Source of the DNA: a virus
DNA: 64,000 nucleotides
IMG/VR virus record: IMGVR_UViG_3300031746_000001
Strand: one strand, 5' to 3'
Each line of letters opens with the position of its first letter. Within the stretch, counting starts at the first letter, position 1. Below the pieces are notes generated by a model. It ran no database searches and had not been told where the DNA came from. It saw only the letters and a list, made by a program, of their open reading frames with translations. A program made the translations under genes and the position numbers. Positions 18,033 through 26,507 of this stretch are shown here, piece after piece.

Positions 18033-19178
18033 TCAGTCCTCCTTGTGGTGCGGTTTGTCGCCCCGGCTTTTCATCCAGTAGGAGTTATGCGAGAAAACCC
18101 CTGCGGATATGGCGAACGTATGAATTCCCTTAACAGCGACATCATACATCGGAATGATGGTATCGAGAAAATCGATCTTAACTATAAAGTGGTTCTGAGC
18201 CTCTCGAGCTTCCCGGGCCCTTCGCTTTCCTTCGCCGACCTTTTTCCCATGATCCGAACCATAGTTTCTCCGAAGATTTGCCTGCCTAATCTTCTCTATC
18301 GCATCCGCAGACTGAGAAGTTCCGAACGGACGACCGCCAAGCAAACCACTCCTGTAAGACTGATCCCTGAGAAGTCCCGACCGACGTTCTCGCTCTTCGG
18401 GAGACATTTCGGCCCATTGCTTCAACGTAGTCTCTTTGGACTTTTTCGTATGCAACCTTCTGAATTCCGGGTCCGATCTCCACTTTTTATCCCACGCTAA
18501 CCGCATCGCCTGAACCTTGTCCTTTCCATGATGCTTATTATGGAAATCCCGCAACATCCAAACTAAGTTTTCAGGGCGGTTATCTCGAGGGTCTTCATTG
18601 AGATGGTGCCCGACATGCTCGGCGGAGGGACAGCCTAAACCCATCTCCCGCATTACAGCCCAATGCGTAAGGCCATAGCACCCGAGGCCGGGATGGTAAA
18701 CCATCTCATGCCCCACAATTCCACGAGCCATTCTTGATTTTGACACACTGCTTGTCGTCCTGAATGGCATCAGAGAATCATCTACGTTCAGAGCCTTCGT
18801 TTCGACGAAAGACCCATCACGTTTGACCCAGCGGTGCTCCGGAGAACAGGTTAGAATCTCACCGTTATCAAGCGCAATTTCCACGGCAGGACGCACCCCG
18901 ACATACTTTACCCGGGCAAGACCGGGAACGACTATCCCTGTCGGGTCAACGGAGTAAAGCCAGAACTCGGCATTAGCCTCTGCAAGTGCATGCAGTGACC
19001 TGATTTTTCCGTCCAAACATGGAACCTCCGTATCACCTCCTAGACACAAAGCGAAGGGGTTGTCGATGTCCTTGTGCTTCTTCATCGCCCGGACGGTCCC
19101 GCCCCAGCCCGGGGGAGACACGTTCACGAGCTTGAAGCTCTGCGAGAGATCGACGACGGCGGTCAATAATTCCTTCAT
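18033..19178 (-). CDS. Leader-array microprotein (60 aa after splicing) interrupted by an intein
   Basis: N-extein MKELLTAVVDLSQSFKLVNVSPPGWGGTVRAMKKHKDIDNPFAL (44 aa); C-extein SYWMKSRGDKPHHKED (16 aa). Confidence 0.85.
   Translation of the reverse strand: MKELLTAVVDLSQSFKLVNVSPPGWGGTVRAMKKHKDIDNPFALCLGGDTEVPCLDGKIRSLHALAEANAEFWLYSVDPTGIVVPGLARVKYVGVRPAVEIALDNGEILTCSPEHRWVKRDGSFVETKALNVDDSLMPFRTTSSVSKSRMARGIVGHEMVYHPGLGCYGLTHWAVMREMGLGCPSAEHVGHHLNEDPRDNRPENLVWMLRDFHNKHHGKDKVQAMRLAWDKKWRSDPEFRRLHTKKSKETTLKQWAEMSPEERERRSGLLRDQSYRSGLLGGRPFGTSQSADAIEKIRQANLRRNYGSDHGKKVGEGKRRAREAREAQNHFIVKIDFLDTIIPMYDVAVKGIHTFAISAGVFSHNSYWMKSRGDKPHHKED
18084..19046 (-). mobile_element. Intein (321 aa) with HNH homing endonuclease and NUMOD3-like repeats
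   Basis: Block A CLGGDT, block B CSPEHRW, block F MYDVAVKGIHTF, block G VFSHN|S; HNH motif HHLNEDPRDNRPENL...HNKHH. Confidence 0.93.
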
Positions 19179-19187
19179 GATATCCTC

Positions 19188-19817
19188 CTACGCGGCCTTC
19201 AGCCCAACCTGCCGGGCGTATTCTTTCCAGGTATCCCCGTCCACCAGAATGTCGGCCACATCGTTGTTGGCAATCATGTCCCCGTACTCGTCCTGCAGGG
19301 TCCCGAGCATCTCTTCCACGATCCCCTGGATGAACTCCGTCAGGTCGGCCCCGCCGAGGAACGGAGGGACGCAGGAGTAGCCCCGGGTCGAGAAGGCGAT
19401 GCTCACAGGAGAACGACGATCGTTCAGTGCTTTCTGGACCTCTGGATCGTTCGGGTCTGCCCCGGCCTCCTTGAGAAAGAGCCTGACGTCCTTGACCACT
19501 GCGTTCTTGAGCACGAGGCGCTCGGGCCTGAAGTAGTAGTCCGGGCTGTCTCCCTCGGGATCCTTCCAGCTCATCTTCGGGCTCACCCAGAGGACATCCT
19601 CACATTGGATCCCGTAATCCGACAGGCGGCTCCGGAAGTGCGCCTTCAGGTTGCGATCGAAGTCCCCGTAGACCCGATCTCTGCGGAAGAGCTCCATCAT
19701 CATGAACTGCGTGGACAGCTCGAGGTCCTGAAAATCCTTCTCCCGGTTGGGATCGAGATAGAGCCCCAGGAAGATCCCGCTGGTTAAGGTATTCACAGCT
19801 TCGAGCAAGTCCCTCAC
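19188..19817 (-). CDS. Leader-array protein (MRDLLEAVNTLTS|GI)
   Basis: Shared leader. Confidence 0.7.
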   Translation of the reverse strand: MRDLLEAVNTLTSGIFLGLYLDPNREKDFQDLELSTQFMMMELFRRDRVYGDFDRNLKAHFRSRLSDYGIQCEDVLWVSPKMSWKDPEGDSPDYYFRPERLVLKNAVVKDVRLFLKEAGADPNDPEVQKALNDRRSPVSIAFSTRGYSCVPPFLGGADLTEFIQGIVEEMLGTLQDEYGDMIANNDVADILVDGDTWKEYARQVGLKAA

Positions 19818-20185
19818 GGCTCCCTTAAGCCAAAGGGGTCTTCCTCTGCGAGATCACGGACGACCTCCTGCAATTTATCCGTAATCAATCCCATGCCCTT
19901 CTGGATGTCGGAATTGTCCCGCAGGTACTGAAAGAGCACGTCCACGACCTGTGCAACGACTTTGGAATCTCCGGAATGCCCGACCGCATCCTTGATGAAC
20001 TTCAGCACGTACTCGGACAGCTTCTCGGGGTCGCCCAAGACTCCCCCGTTCGCCACCTGAAGGGCAGTCTTCTGAAGGACAGCGGGATCCACGCCTTTGT
20101 AGCCCAAGACCCTGGTCCCTGTGGACAAGATCGGTTCCCCGCACAACTCGGCAAGGATTAAAACGGCTTTATTCTCTTGGCTCAT
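19814..20185 (-). CDS. Leader-array protein, CGE subtype (AVLILAELCGE)
   Basis: Start reassigned to MSQENK at 20185. Confidence 0.65.
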   Translation of the reverse strand: MSQENKAVLILAELCGEPILSTGTRVLGYKGVDPAVLQKTALQVANGGVLGDPEKLSEYVLKFIKDAVGHSGDSKVVAQVVDVLFQYLRDNSDIQKGMGLITDKLQEVVRDLAEEDPFGLREP

Positions 20186-20186
20186 G

Positions 20187-20684
20187 CTATCCTTTCTCGC
20201 CCACGGCGGTGTAGATCGCCTCGTAGACCGCATCCGCATCGTCCCGGTCTTTGGCGGCATATTCAAAAGCCCCGACGATGATATTATAGGCCTTCGATCC
20301 ATCCGAAAGGGTCTCCTCCACATACTGCAGGTTCGGCTTGCCCCGATCGTCCATCAGGGTCTTCATGAGAACCTTCGTGTTCCTAAGACCACTCTCCAAC
20401 GGCTTCCCCTCCCGAGAGCTCCCCATCGGCCAACCCCTCCTCTCGAGGATCTGTGCAATCTCGGAAGTGACATCTCGGCCCTTCAGAGCCTTCTGCCGGA
20501 GCCGAACAAAGTCCCAGGCTATCTCATTGGAGACCTTCCCTTCTTTCTTGAAATGGTCTGCCATCTCGGAATCCGAGGACGCCTCATCGTTGACCAGGAT
20601 GGCGGCGACCCAATTTACTAAATCGTCCGAGGGCTTCACCGCGGCCTCGAGCTCCTGCAGGGCTTTGATTACTTGGCTTCTCAT
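20187..20684 (-). CDS. Leader-array protein (MRSQVIKALQELEAAV)
   Basis: Start reassigned; amphipathic leader. Confidence 0.65.
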   Translation of the reverse strand: MRSQVIKALQELEAAVKPSDDLVNWVAAILVNDEASSDSEMADHFKKEGKVSNEIAWDFVRLRQKALKGRDVTSEIAQILERRGWPMGSSREGKPLESGLRNTKVLMKTLMDDRGKPNLQYVEETLSDGSKAYNIIVGAFEYAAKDRDDADAVYEAIYTAVGEKG

Positions 20685-20691
20685 GGTCATC

Positions 20692-21042
20692 CTAAGCCCA
20701 GTCCCGGTTCTCGAGGTTCTCCTGTGACTTCTTCGCTTCGAAATACATCTCGCTAGCGGCACCAGCGGCCGTGCGGAGAGACTGCACGACCTTCTTGATC
20801 TCCTGGGTATACTTGGGATCGAACTGCTTGATGGCATACTCCACGTTCCCGGCCAGCTCGTTCAGGAACTGCTCGGCGGCTTTCCCCCACCTCATCGTCT
20901 CCTTGAGCTTATCCATGTCATCGTCTGACATGAAAATCGCATCGGGGTCGCGGGCGGCCATCAGCCTATCCCCGATCTCCGTCCCGTCGTCCTCCCCACA
21001 TAGGACACCCAGCCAGTCCACCGCTTGCTTGAGATTGTCCAT
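20692..21042 (-). CDS. Leader-array protein, CGE subtype (MDNLKQAVDWLGVLCGE)
   Basis: Start reassigned to 21042. Confidence 0.65.
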   Translation of the reverse strand: MDNLKQAVDWLGVLCGEDDGTEIGDRLMAARDPDAIFMSDDDMDKLKETMRWGKAAEQFLNELAGNVEYAIKQFDPKYTQEIKKVVQSLRTAAGAASEMYFEAKKSQENLENRDWA

Positions 21043-21995
21043 CACTTCTTCCCCCATTCTCTTGCGAGAGCATGCCACACTTCATCGACGGCATCCTGGA
21101 TGGACCGAAGGGCGTTGCCGAGCTCCCCGGAAGCCGACGTCCTTCCCCCCATCGTCTCTTCGAATGCGTCTCCGGCTATCCGGGCCAAATCCTTCGGGTT
21201 ACTCTTGTTGATCATCCGGGCCTTCTCATCGATCTCCGGCCACACCTTCTCCTTGATCACAGAGAGGATATCCTGCCGGAGATCGCCGGGCTTAACGGCC
21301 CCCGTCATCAGCCCGGCGAGGGTGTAGAGCTCTTCCTTGTGGGTAGCCGTCGGGTCCTCCCCGGCGTTGGTAAGCTTCTCGGCCATGACCCGGCCCCGCT
21401 TGTCGTAGCCCCAGATCTTCAGGTAGTTCCGGGCCGAGTCCGCCAGCTCTTTGTAATCCTTCCCCTGATCGCTGTTCACCCCGTAGATGTCGACCTGCTT
21501 CTCGAGGGCGTAGATAAAGGCATACATCTTCTCCGGCTTCCCGATCTTCGTGATGCGGGTCCTGAGAGCTGGGATGCTCATGGTTTCGATCCGCATGAAC
21601 TCGTGGTCGACCTCCCGGTAGGATGGGCTCTCGAGATCGCCGGTGGGACCCACCTTCGAGTAGATACCTTCGACCCCGGCGGCCCTCATCCCCCCGTGCT
21701 TCCTCGAGTAGGTGATGAAGTCGGTGTCAATGGCCTCGTTCCCGTGATCGCTCACCATCCAGACGCTCGGCCAGAACTTGTTCTTATTCATCCAGCCCAG
21801 GATTTCCTTGTAGAACTTGTCCCAGTCATCCCCGTCTAAGGTAGCGATTTCCTTCTGACTCTGATAGGCCGCAGTTCCGCCACCCCGCTCGTCCTGGATG
21901 AAGACATCTTCCTCGTCGGGCTCCAAGTCGTCCTCAAACCTCGAGAGGACGAGAACCTTGCGGAGCGAATCTAAGGATTCCAAAAGGGTATTCAT
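21042..21995 (-). CDS. Leader-array multi-segment protein (MNTLLESLDSLRKVLVLSR)
   Basis: SD AGGAGG before ATG 21995; internal LTN|AG and RTS|AS motifs. Confidence 0.72.
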   Translation of the reverse strand: MNTLLESLDSLRKVLVLSRFEDDLEPDEEDVFIQDERGGGTAAYQSQKEIATLDGDDWDKFYKEILGWMNKNKFWPSVWMVSDHGNEAIDTDFITYSRKHGGMRAAGVEGIYSKVGPTGDLESPSYREVDHEFMRIETMSIPALRTRITKIGKPEKMYAFIYALEKQVDIYGVNSDQGKDYKELADSARNYLKIWGYDKRGRVMAEKLTNAGEDPTATHKEELYTLAGLMTGAVKPGDLRQDILSVIKEKVWPEIDEKARMINKSNPKDLARIAGDAFEETMGGRTSASGELGNALRSIQDAVDEVWHALAREWGKK

Positions 21996-22002
21996 GATCC
22001 TC

Positions 22003-22356
22003 CTATCGGGATAACGCCTTTTTCTGGTAATACTCGGCCTTCTTCGAGAACTGATTCCACATGGCCTCCATGTTCCGCCCGAGGCTTTCGATATCCGCCA
22101 AGACCTTCTTTGCCAGGGGATCGTTGTCCCACGCCCACCACAGGATTCCCGCAACCTCCGGAGCGGCGTCTCCCCCGATATCTTTGAAGAGTATCTCGCT
22201 GAAGTAGCCCTCCATCATCCAATCCTTGAACCGACGAGCCTCCTCAGTAAAGGTTGCCAGCTCCCTCTGGATCTCCGGGATGGAATGATCGTCACCCCGG
22301 GCGGAGACCACCAGACCACGATCGATGCCCTGTGTAGCTTCCAGAAGGGCTCTCAC
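22003..22356 (-). CDS. Leader-array protein (VRALLEATQGIDRGLVVS|ARG)
   Basis: GTG start overlapping the upstream TGA. Confidence 0.7.
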   Translation of the reverse strand: MRALLEATQGIDRGLVVSARGDDHSIPEIQRELATFTEEARRFKDWMMEGYFSEILFKDIGGDAAPEVAGILWWAWDNDPLAKKVLADIESLGRNMEAMWNQFSKKAEYYQKKALSR

Positions 22357-22616
22357 ACCTTCCTCCCCAAGTCCCCGTTGATCTGACCGATCAGCCTCGA
22401 CGTGATCCGGGTGTGCTTGTCCTCGTCGGCGAAGTTCTCGATCATGTCGCCGTAGGGATCGATCTTCTCGAGTTGGTTGAGAAGCTTGTCGATCTGGACG
22501 AGGAGGTCCCTGCACTTCTCGGCCCGGGCGGCGAAGTCTCCCCGCAACGTATCCGTTGACCGGGCGGAGACCAGTCCCGTCTCGACGGCCTGCATAGCTT
22601 CTAGTAAGGTTCTCAT
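22353..22616 (-). CDS. Leader-array protein (MRTLLEAMQAVETGLVS|ARS)
   Basis: Shared leader, very similar to that of the neighbouring gene. Confidence 0.72.
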   Translation of the reverse strand: MRTLLEAMQAVETGLVSARSTDTLRGDFAARAEKCRDLLVQIDKLLNQLEKIDPYGDMIENFADEDKHTRITSRLIGQINGDLGRKV

Positions 22617-22930
22617 CTGAGGCTCCTTTCGATTGACCGCAGAGACGTCACCAGATCGTTCATCGGCCCGCTTTCCGAGCTCTTAACGTAGGTGTCGACA
22701 TCCACACCCCCGCACTTCGGGCACCCGTCATTCGCCGCCCGCTCGGCAGAAGCTGTCGTGTAGAACTTCTTCCCGCACTCCTGGCACATGAACAAGGGCT
22801 CTCCGGCAGACTGGACGACCTGCTTGGTCTGGACCGGAACCACTGCGGCAGACACCGGATCGTGGGCGGCTATTCCAGGGAACAGAATTTGCTCCAACCG
22901 TCCAAAGGCTTCTTTGAATTCCTTGTCCAT
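22613..22930 (-). CDS. Leader-array Zn-ribbon protein (CQECG...CPKCG)
   Basis: VQS|AG precedes the Zn ribbon; ends with leader-like MNDLVTSLRSIERSLR. Confidence 0.7.
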   Translation of the reverse strand: MDKEFKEAFGRLEQILFPGIAAHDPVSAAVVPVQTKQVVQSAGEPLFMCQECGKKFYTTASAERAANDGCPKCGGVDVDTYVKSSESGPMNDLVTSLRSIERSLR

Positions 22931-23808
22931 CAGCCCTCCCTCGGCTTGATAATCCCGCCCGCTTCTTCGAACATCTTTCTCGGGTTCTTGGCGATCTGCT
23001 TGGCGTCCTCCAATTCGCCCTTAAGAAACTCCTTGATCCTGCGGAGCTGTCCGTTCTCCCCTCCCGTCTGACGGTTCAGGATATGGTAGAACACGTCGAC
23101 CAAACCCGACCATCCGATATCACCCTTCGATGGGGGCATCAGCTCATCGGCAATCTTTCCTACGGCATCGTCGTAGGCATCCTTGATGGCATCGACCATA
23201 TCCGGATCGGTTAAGGCTTTGGCGTAGCCCTCAGCGTAGTTCCCGAGAGCCTTCACCTCATCGTCGGAGTCCAGCCAGATATCGCCCCGGGCCGAGTTCA
23301 GCCTCCGACCACGCATGATCCGGGAGTCCTCCAAGTCATCATCGTCCTGCTCTTCGATCCCCTCCACAAACCGCAGGAAGTCCCTCTTGATCCGGTCGCG
23401 GTTCTTGTCGTCGATGATATACTTCTCTTTGCGGAGGTTCTCGGCAATGAATTCAAGTTGCCATGAATCCCTGCCAACCGTCTTGTGGGCGAAGTATTTC
23501 TCCTGATCGGGGATCGTGATCTTATACCGTTCCCACATCTCATCATCCCCAAGTTCATGCTCGAGATAGACGTAGCTGTTGGGACCCGTGATATCCTCCG
23601 GAACGACCCCGCCCGTGGAGACCGTAAGAGTATCCCCCTTCTTGACCCATTGATTCTCATCATACATCACCACGAAGGTGATGCCCCCGAACTGGTCGTA
23701 GAAGGAATGCGTCCACCTCCGGGCGGTGTCATCGTCTACGCCACCACGTGCAGACTGCAGGCCCACCTGGGAGGCTACGTCCTTGACCGCTTGAAGCAGG
23801 TTATTCAT
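22930..23808 (-). CDS. Leader-array two-segment protein (MNNLLQAVKDVASQVGLQS|ARG ... LNS|ARG)
   Basis: Leader plus an internal repeat of the SARG motif. Confidence 0.75.
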   Translation of the reverse strand: MNNLLQAVKDVASQVGLQSARGGVDDDTARRWTHSFYDQFGGITFVVMYDENQWVKKGDTLTVSTGGVVPEDITGPNSYVYLEHELGDDEMWERYKITIPDQEKYFAHKTVGRDSWQLEFIAENLRKEKYIIDDKNRDRIKRDFLRFVEGIEEQDDDDLEDSRIMRGRRLNSARGDIWLDSDDEVKALGNYAEGYAKALTDPDMVDAIKDAYDDAVGKIADELMPPSKGDIGWSGLVDVFYHILNRQTGGENGQLRRIKEFLKGELEDAKQIAKNPRKMFEEAGGIIKPREG

Positions 23809-23809
23809 C

Positions 23810-24043
23810 TCAATTCACCCCCGCGATTTTGGTAACGAACTTGGCGATCCGGTCGAGTTCTTCGACGTTCCTCTCAAGCTCCCTTTTTATGCTACTATCC
23901 TTCTTGAAATGGTCCTGAAGGCCAATGAGCCCGCCCGCCGCCGCTTCGGTATTGTCAAAGGCGTCCTGCGCCTTTCTTAAAAAATCAGCGTCCTCGTCCA
24001 TCTTGGACTGCAGGGCTTCAACCGCAGACAGAAGGTTTCTCAT
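23810..24043 (-). CDS. Leader-array protein (MRNLLSAVEALQS)
   Basis: Shared leader. Confidence 0.7.
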   Translation of the reverse strand: MRNLLSAVEALQSKMDEDADFLRKAQDAFDNTEAAAGGLIGLQDHFKKDSSIKRELERNVEELDRIAKFVTKIAGVN

Positions 24044-24426
24044 CCCTTCCTCCTTTCGATGTCTTTCATGATCGACTCGGCCCGATCCGAGAACTCCTTC
24101 GCATGGTTAGCGAAGCCTGCGGCCTCGTCCTTGAGCTGGGCGATCAGGATAAGCTCATCGTCCGAGGCCTTCCGGGCTACGTTCGCCCCGCCGATGTAGC
24201 CGGACGTATTTCCCCGGAGAGCTTCGACATCATAATGCCTTTCCGGTTTTGCGAACGTGAAGGACGAGGTAAGACGCCCTGACCGGACGGCGTCCTTCTT
24301 CTCATTGTCCCGCTTCTCCATCCGCTTTCGGGTCTCGTCGTCGGGCACGTCCTTCGTCGGGGAGGCGGGGGACATCGGCGCTAGGGAAGGCATGGCGGCA
24401 TTGACCAACCGAATAAGTTCTTTCAT
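24040..24426 (-). CDS. Leader-array protein (MKELIRLVN|AA)
   Basis: Shared leader. Confidence 0.68.
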   Translation of the reverse strand: MKELIRLVNAAMPSLAPMSPASPTKDVPDDETRKRMEKRDNEKKDAVRSGRLTSSFTFAKPERHYDVEALRGNTSGYIGGANVARKASDDELILIAQLKDEAAGFANHAKEFSDRAESIMKDIERRKG

Positions 24427-24659
24427 GTCAAATCTCCATATCTGGATGTGAATTGAAACTCCCCAGTCTTCCCGAGCTCCTGAAACATCTCGAGAATTTC
24501 CTCAAGCTCGCTCTTGGAATCTACTCTCGACGGGACCCGGGAGGCATTCGGATATCCGGCGACCTTCCGATCCTGCTCATCCTCCGAACGCTTCACGGTG
24601 CGGGCTTGGAACCGGAGCTCAGGTCCAACCTGTGCGATCAGTCGAAGCAGTTCGTTCAC
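24423..24659 (-). CDS. Leader-array protein (MNELLRLIAQVGPELRFQAR)
   Basis: Shared leader. Confidence 0.65.
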   Translation of the reverse strand: MNELLRLIAQVGPELRFQARTVKRSEDEQDRKVAGYPNASRVPSRVDSKSELEEILEMFQELGKTGEFQFTSRYGDLT

Positions 24660-24660
24660 C

Positions 24661-25002
24661 CTATAACCTCAACGTCAAAGAAAAGATATCTCGGGATGCC
24701 TTCTTGAACCTCTCGGGATCGATTAGCTGTCCCATCTCAGCAAGGGCATCCAAAGCCTGTCCGGTCTGGGAAAGTATGTCCTTAATGCTCTCAAGCATAT
24801 CCGCTCCGGCCATCTCGCGCCTCTTAGGGTTTGGATCAGAGGCCTTCTTGACGGCTTCCAAAACATGATCAGCGAAGTGAGCTATGAGGTTAGCGCGACC
24901 CCTAAGTTCATCGAGTGCACCTAATGGATAACGATCCTCACGGTTCCATACGGCCATCAAAGAGCCTTCAACCAGAACAAGAGAAGATAGAAGCTCCCTC
25001 AT
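24661..25002 (-). CDS. Leader-array protein (MRELLSSLVLVEGSL)
   Basis: Shared leader. Confidence 0.68.
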   Translation of the reverse strand: MRELLSSLVLVEGSLMAVWNREDRYPLGALDELRGRANLIAHFADHVLEAVKKASDPNPKRREMAGADMLESIKDILSQTGQALDALAEMGQLIDPERFKKASRDIFSLTLRL

Positions 25003-25319
25003 CGGCGTGGCGACACTCCCTGAGTAGTGGACTCCCCGGGCTTGCCTGTTCGCATCATCACATCCCCTCGAGTAAGAAACTCCCCGTTCTTCATGATAAA
25101 CCCGTCGACGAAGCCCGCCTCATCGGGATCCTCCATCAGATCGTAATACCGATCCACCACGCTGGCGGGTAACCGGGCTAACAGCCGAGCATGGGTCTCC
25201 CCCGGCCTGCCCTGGTAGACCCGACCGTCTATCTCGAAGGCCACAGCGTGAACCTGCTTCGCCGGAACCAGATCGACCGCCGAGTAAACCCTCCGTGTGC
25301 ATATGAGGAGACAATTCAA
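24999..25319 (-). CDS. Array protein (VYS|AV; GFIMKNGEFLTR motif)
   Basis: TTG start overlapping the upstream stop. Confidence 0.6.
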   Translation of the reverse strand: MNCLLICTRRVYSAVDLVPAKQVHAVAFEIDGRVYQGRPGETHARLLARLPASVVDRYYDLMEDPDEAGFVDGFIMKNGEFLTRGDVMMRTGKPGESTTQGVSPRR

Positions 25320-25582
25320 TCCAATCCCGCTTGTTTGAGCCTGGTGTAGTAGTCGGGGTGATCTTTGAGATGCGCCAGGGCGATATGCCCCGTGGTCACG
25401 AGATCCCCGCCGGTGACGTCGTAGTGTTCAAGCTCGTCCGCAAGCCCCATCCGGAACTGCTCCGGATCGACGTCGAAGTCCGGGGCGATATCCTCAAGCA
25501 CCTGCTGGGCGATCGCCTGCGATATCTCCTGGTTGATCAGAACCCTTCCTATGCGATTAACGGAGGCCAGAAGCAGGTCCAT
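25316..25582 (-). CDS. Leader-array protein, DUF5661-like
   Basis: FRMGLADELEH...IALAHLKDHPDYYTRLK signature; leader MDLLLASVNRI. Confidence 0.72.
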   Translation of the reverse strand: MDLLLASVNRIGRVLINQEISQAIAQQVLEDIAPDFDVDPEQFRMGLADELEHYDVTGGDLVTTGHIALAHLKDHPDYYTRLKQAGLD

Positions 25583-26010
25583 CAGTCCCACCAGAGGCGG
25601 ATCTCGTTGTTCTCGGCGTTAACCTCGTCGGCCCCGACTTTCCGGGAGTCTTCGATCATCTCGGCAATTTCCTCGAGGGGTCTCTTCCCGCCACGGACGT
25701 AAACGCACGGCGATCCCTCCCGAGCAAGCTGGACCTCGAGCTTGGGTTCGATCCGCTTCAGGGCTCGGATGCTGTTCGGGGTGAACTCGTTGTATGAGTC
25801 GATCCCCGCATGTTCGAACTCCCGAGCGGCGTCATCGATGGAAAGCCATCTCGAGTCGCGCCACTCGTAGACCTCCTTCGTGCGCTTGAGATCGCCCCGC
25901 CCCATCCCGTAGACGTCCTTGAGGCTTGTGGCGCTCGAGAGCCGGACCCTCTTGGGCTCTCCAGCCAGGGACTCAAGGCAGGAGTTAATGACGTTCAAAA
26001 GATAGTCCAT
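25582..26010 (-). CDS. Leader-array protein (MDYLLNVINSCLESL...RLSS|AT)
   Basis: Shared leader; SD AGGAGG. Confidence 0.7.
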   Translation of the reverse strand: MDYLLNVINSCLESLAGEPKRVRLSSATSLKDVYGMGRGDLKRTKEVYEWRDSRWLSIDDAAREFEHAGIDSYNEFTPNSIRALKRIEPKLEVQLAREGSPCVYVRGGKRPLEEIAEMIEDSRKVGADEVNAENNEIRLWWD

Positions 26011-26019
26011 GTGGCCTCC

Positions 26020-26427
26020 TTATAAGGTGACACCCGCCCGCTTCGCCATCGAGACGGGATTCTGTGCGGTAGCCTTGCAAGCCGAGATGAGCCGATCGAG
26101 GACGCCATAGAGTGCGGCCTCCATCCCTCCCTGAGTATGCTCGGCCTGCCAATCGACTATGTTCTCTGTGATCGCCAGGATATCGACATCGTCTCTAAGC
26201 CCGGCCTTCTTCATGGCTCCCTCCCACCGCTCCCCGATCGCCTCCATAAGCATCGTATAGAAGTCGCCCTTCTCGGCTTCTATTTTAGTCGCCATCTCTG
26301 TGGCGAGCTTCGCGACGTTATCCGACATTTCCTGATCGAATCCCGATCCCCGCTGGGACTGCACGGGCGGTCTGGCATTCAGAAAACCCTCGAGCTCCGA
26401 TATCGCATTCATCAGAACCTTACTCAT
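26020..26427 (-). CDS. Leader-array protein (MSKVLMNAISELEGFLN|AR)
   Basis: SD AGGAGG before ATG 26427. Confidence 0.7.
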   Translation of the reverse strand: MSKVLMNAISELEGFLNARPPVQSQRGSGFDQEMSDNVAKLATEMATKIEAEKGDFYTMLMEAIGERWEGAMKKAGLRDDVDILAITENIVDWQAEHTQGGMEAALYGVLDRLISACKATAQNPVSMAKRAGVTL

Positions 26428-26440
26428 GAGCCCTCCTATA

Positions 26441-26484
26441 AAGACAAGAATCCCCAAGCCCTGTTTTCGGCAGGTCTCTGGGGA
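26441..26484 (-). terminator. Putative intrinsic terminator downstream of the major capsid gene
   Basis: Minus strand hairpin TCCCCA..CCTG-loop-CAGG..TGGGGA followed by TTCTTGTCTTT. Confidence 0.5.
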
Positions 26485-26507
26485 AGCATGATGATGATTT
26501 CCTTAGA

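Noticed and set aside
17591-21042. Lipoprotein signal peptides (Cys in LxxC-like context)
   Set aside because: No continuous hydrophobic h-region, and charged or polar residues lie within the helix.
16569-26427. Diversity-generating retroelement or integron cassette array as explanation of the array
   Set aside because: No reverse transcriptase, integrase, TR/VR pair or attC-like spacers; genes abut or overlap and similarity is confined to the peptide leaders.
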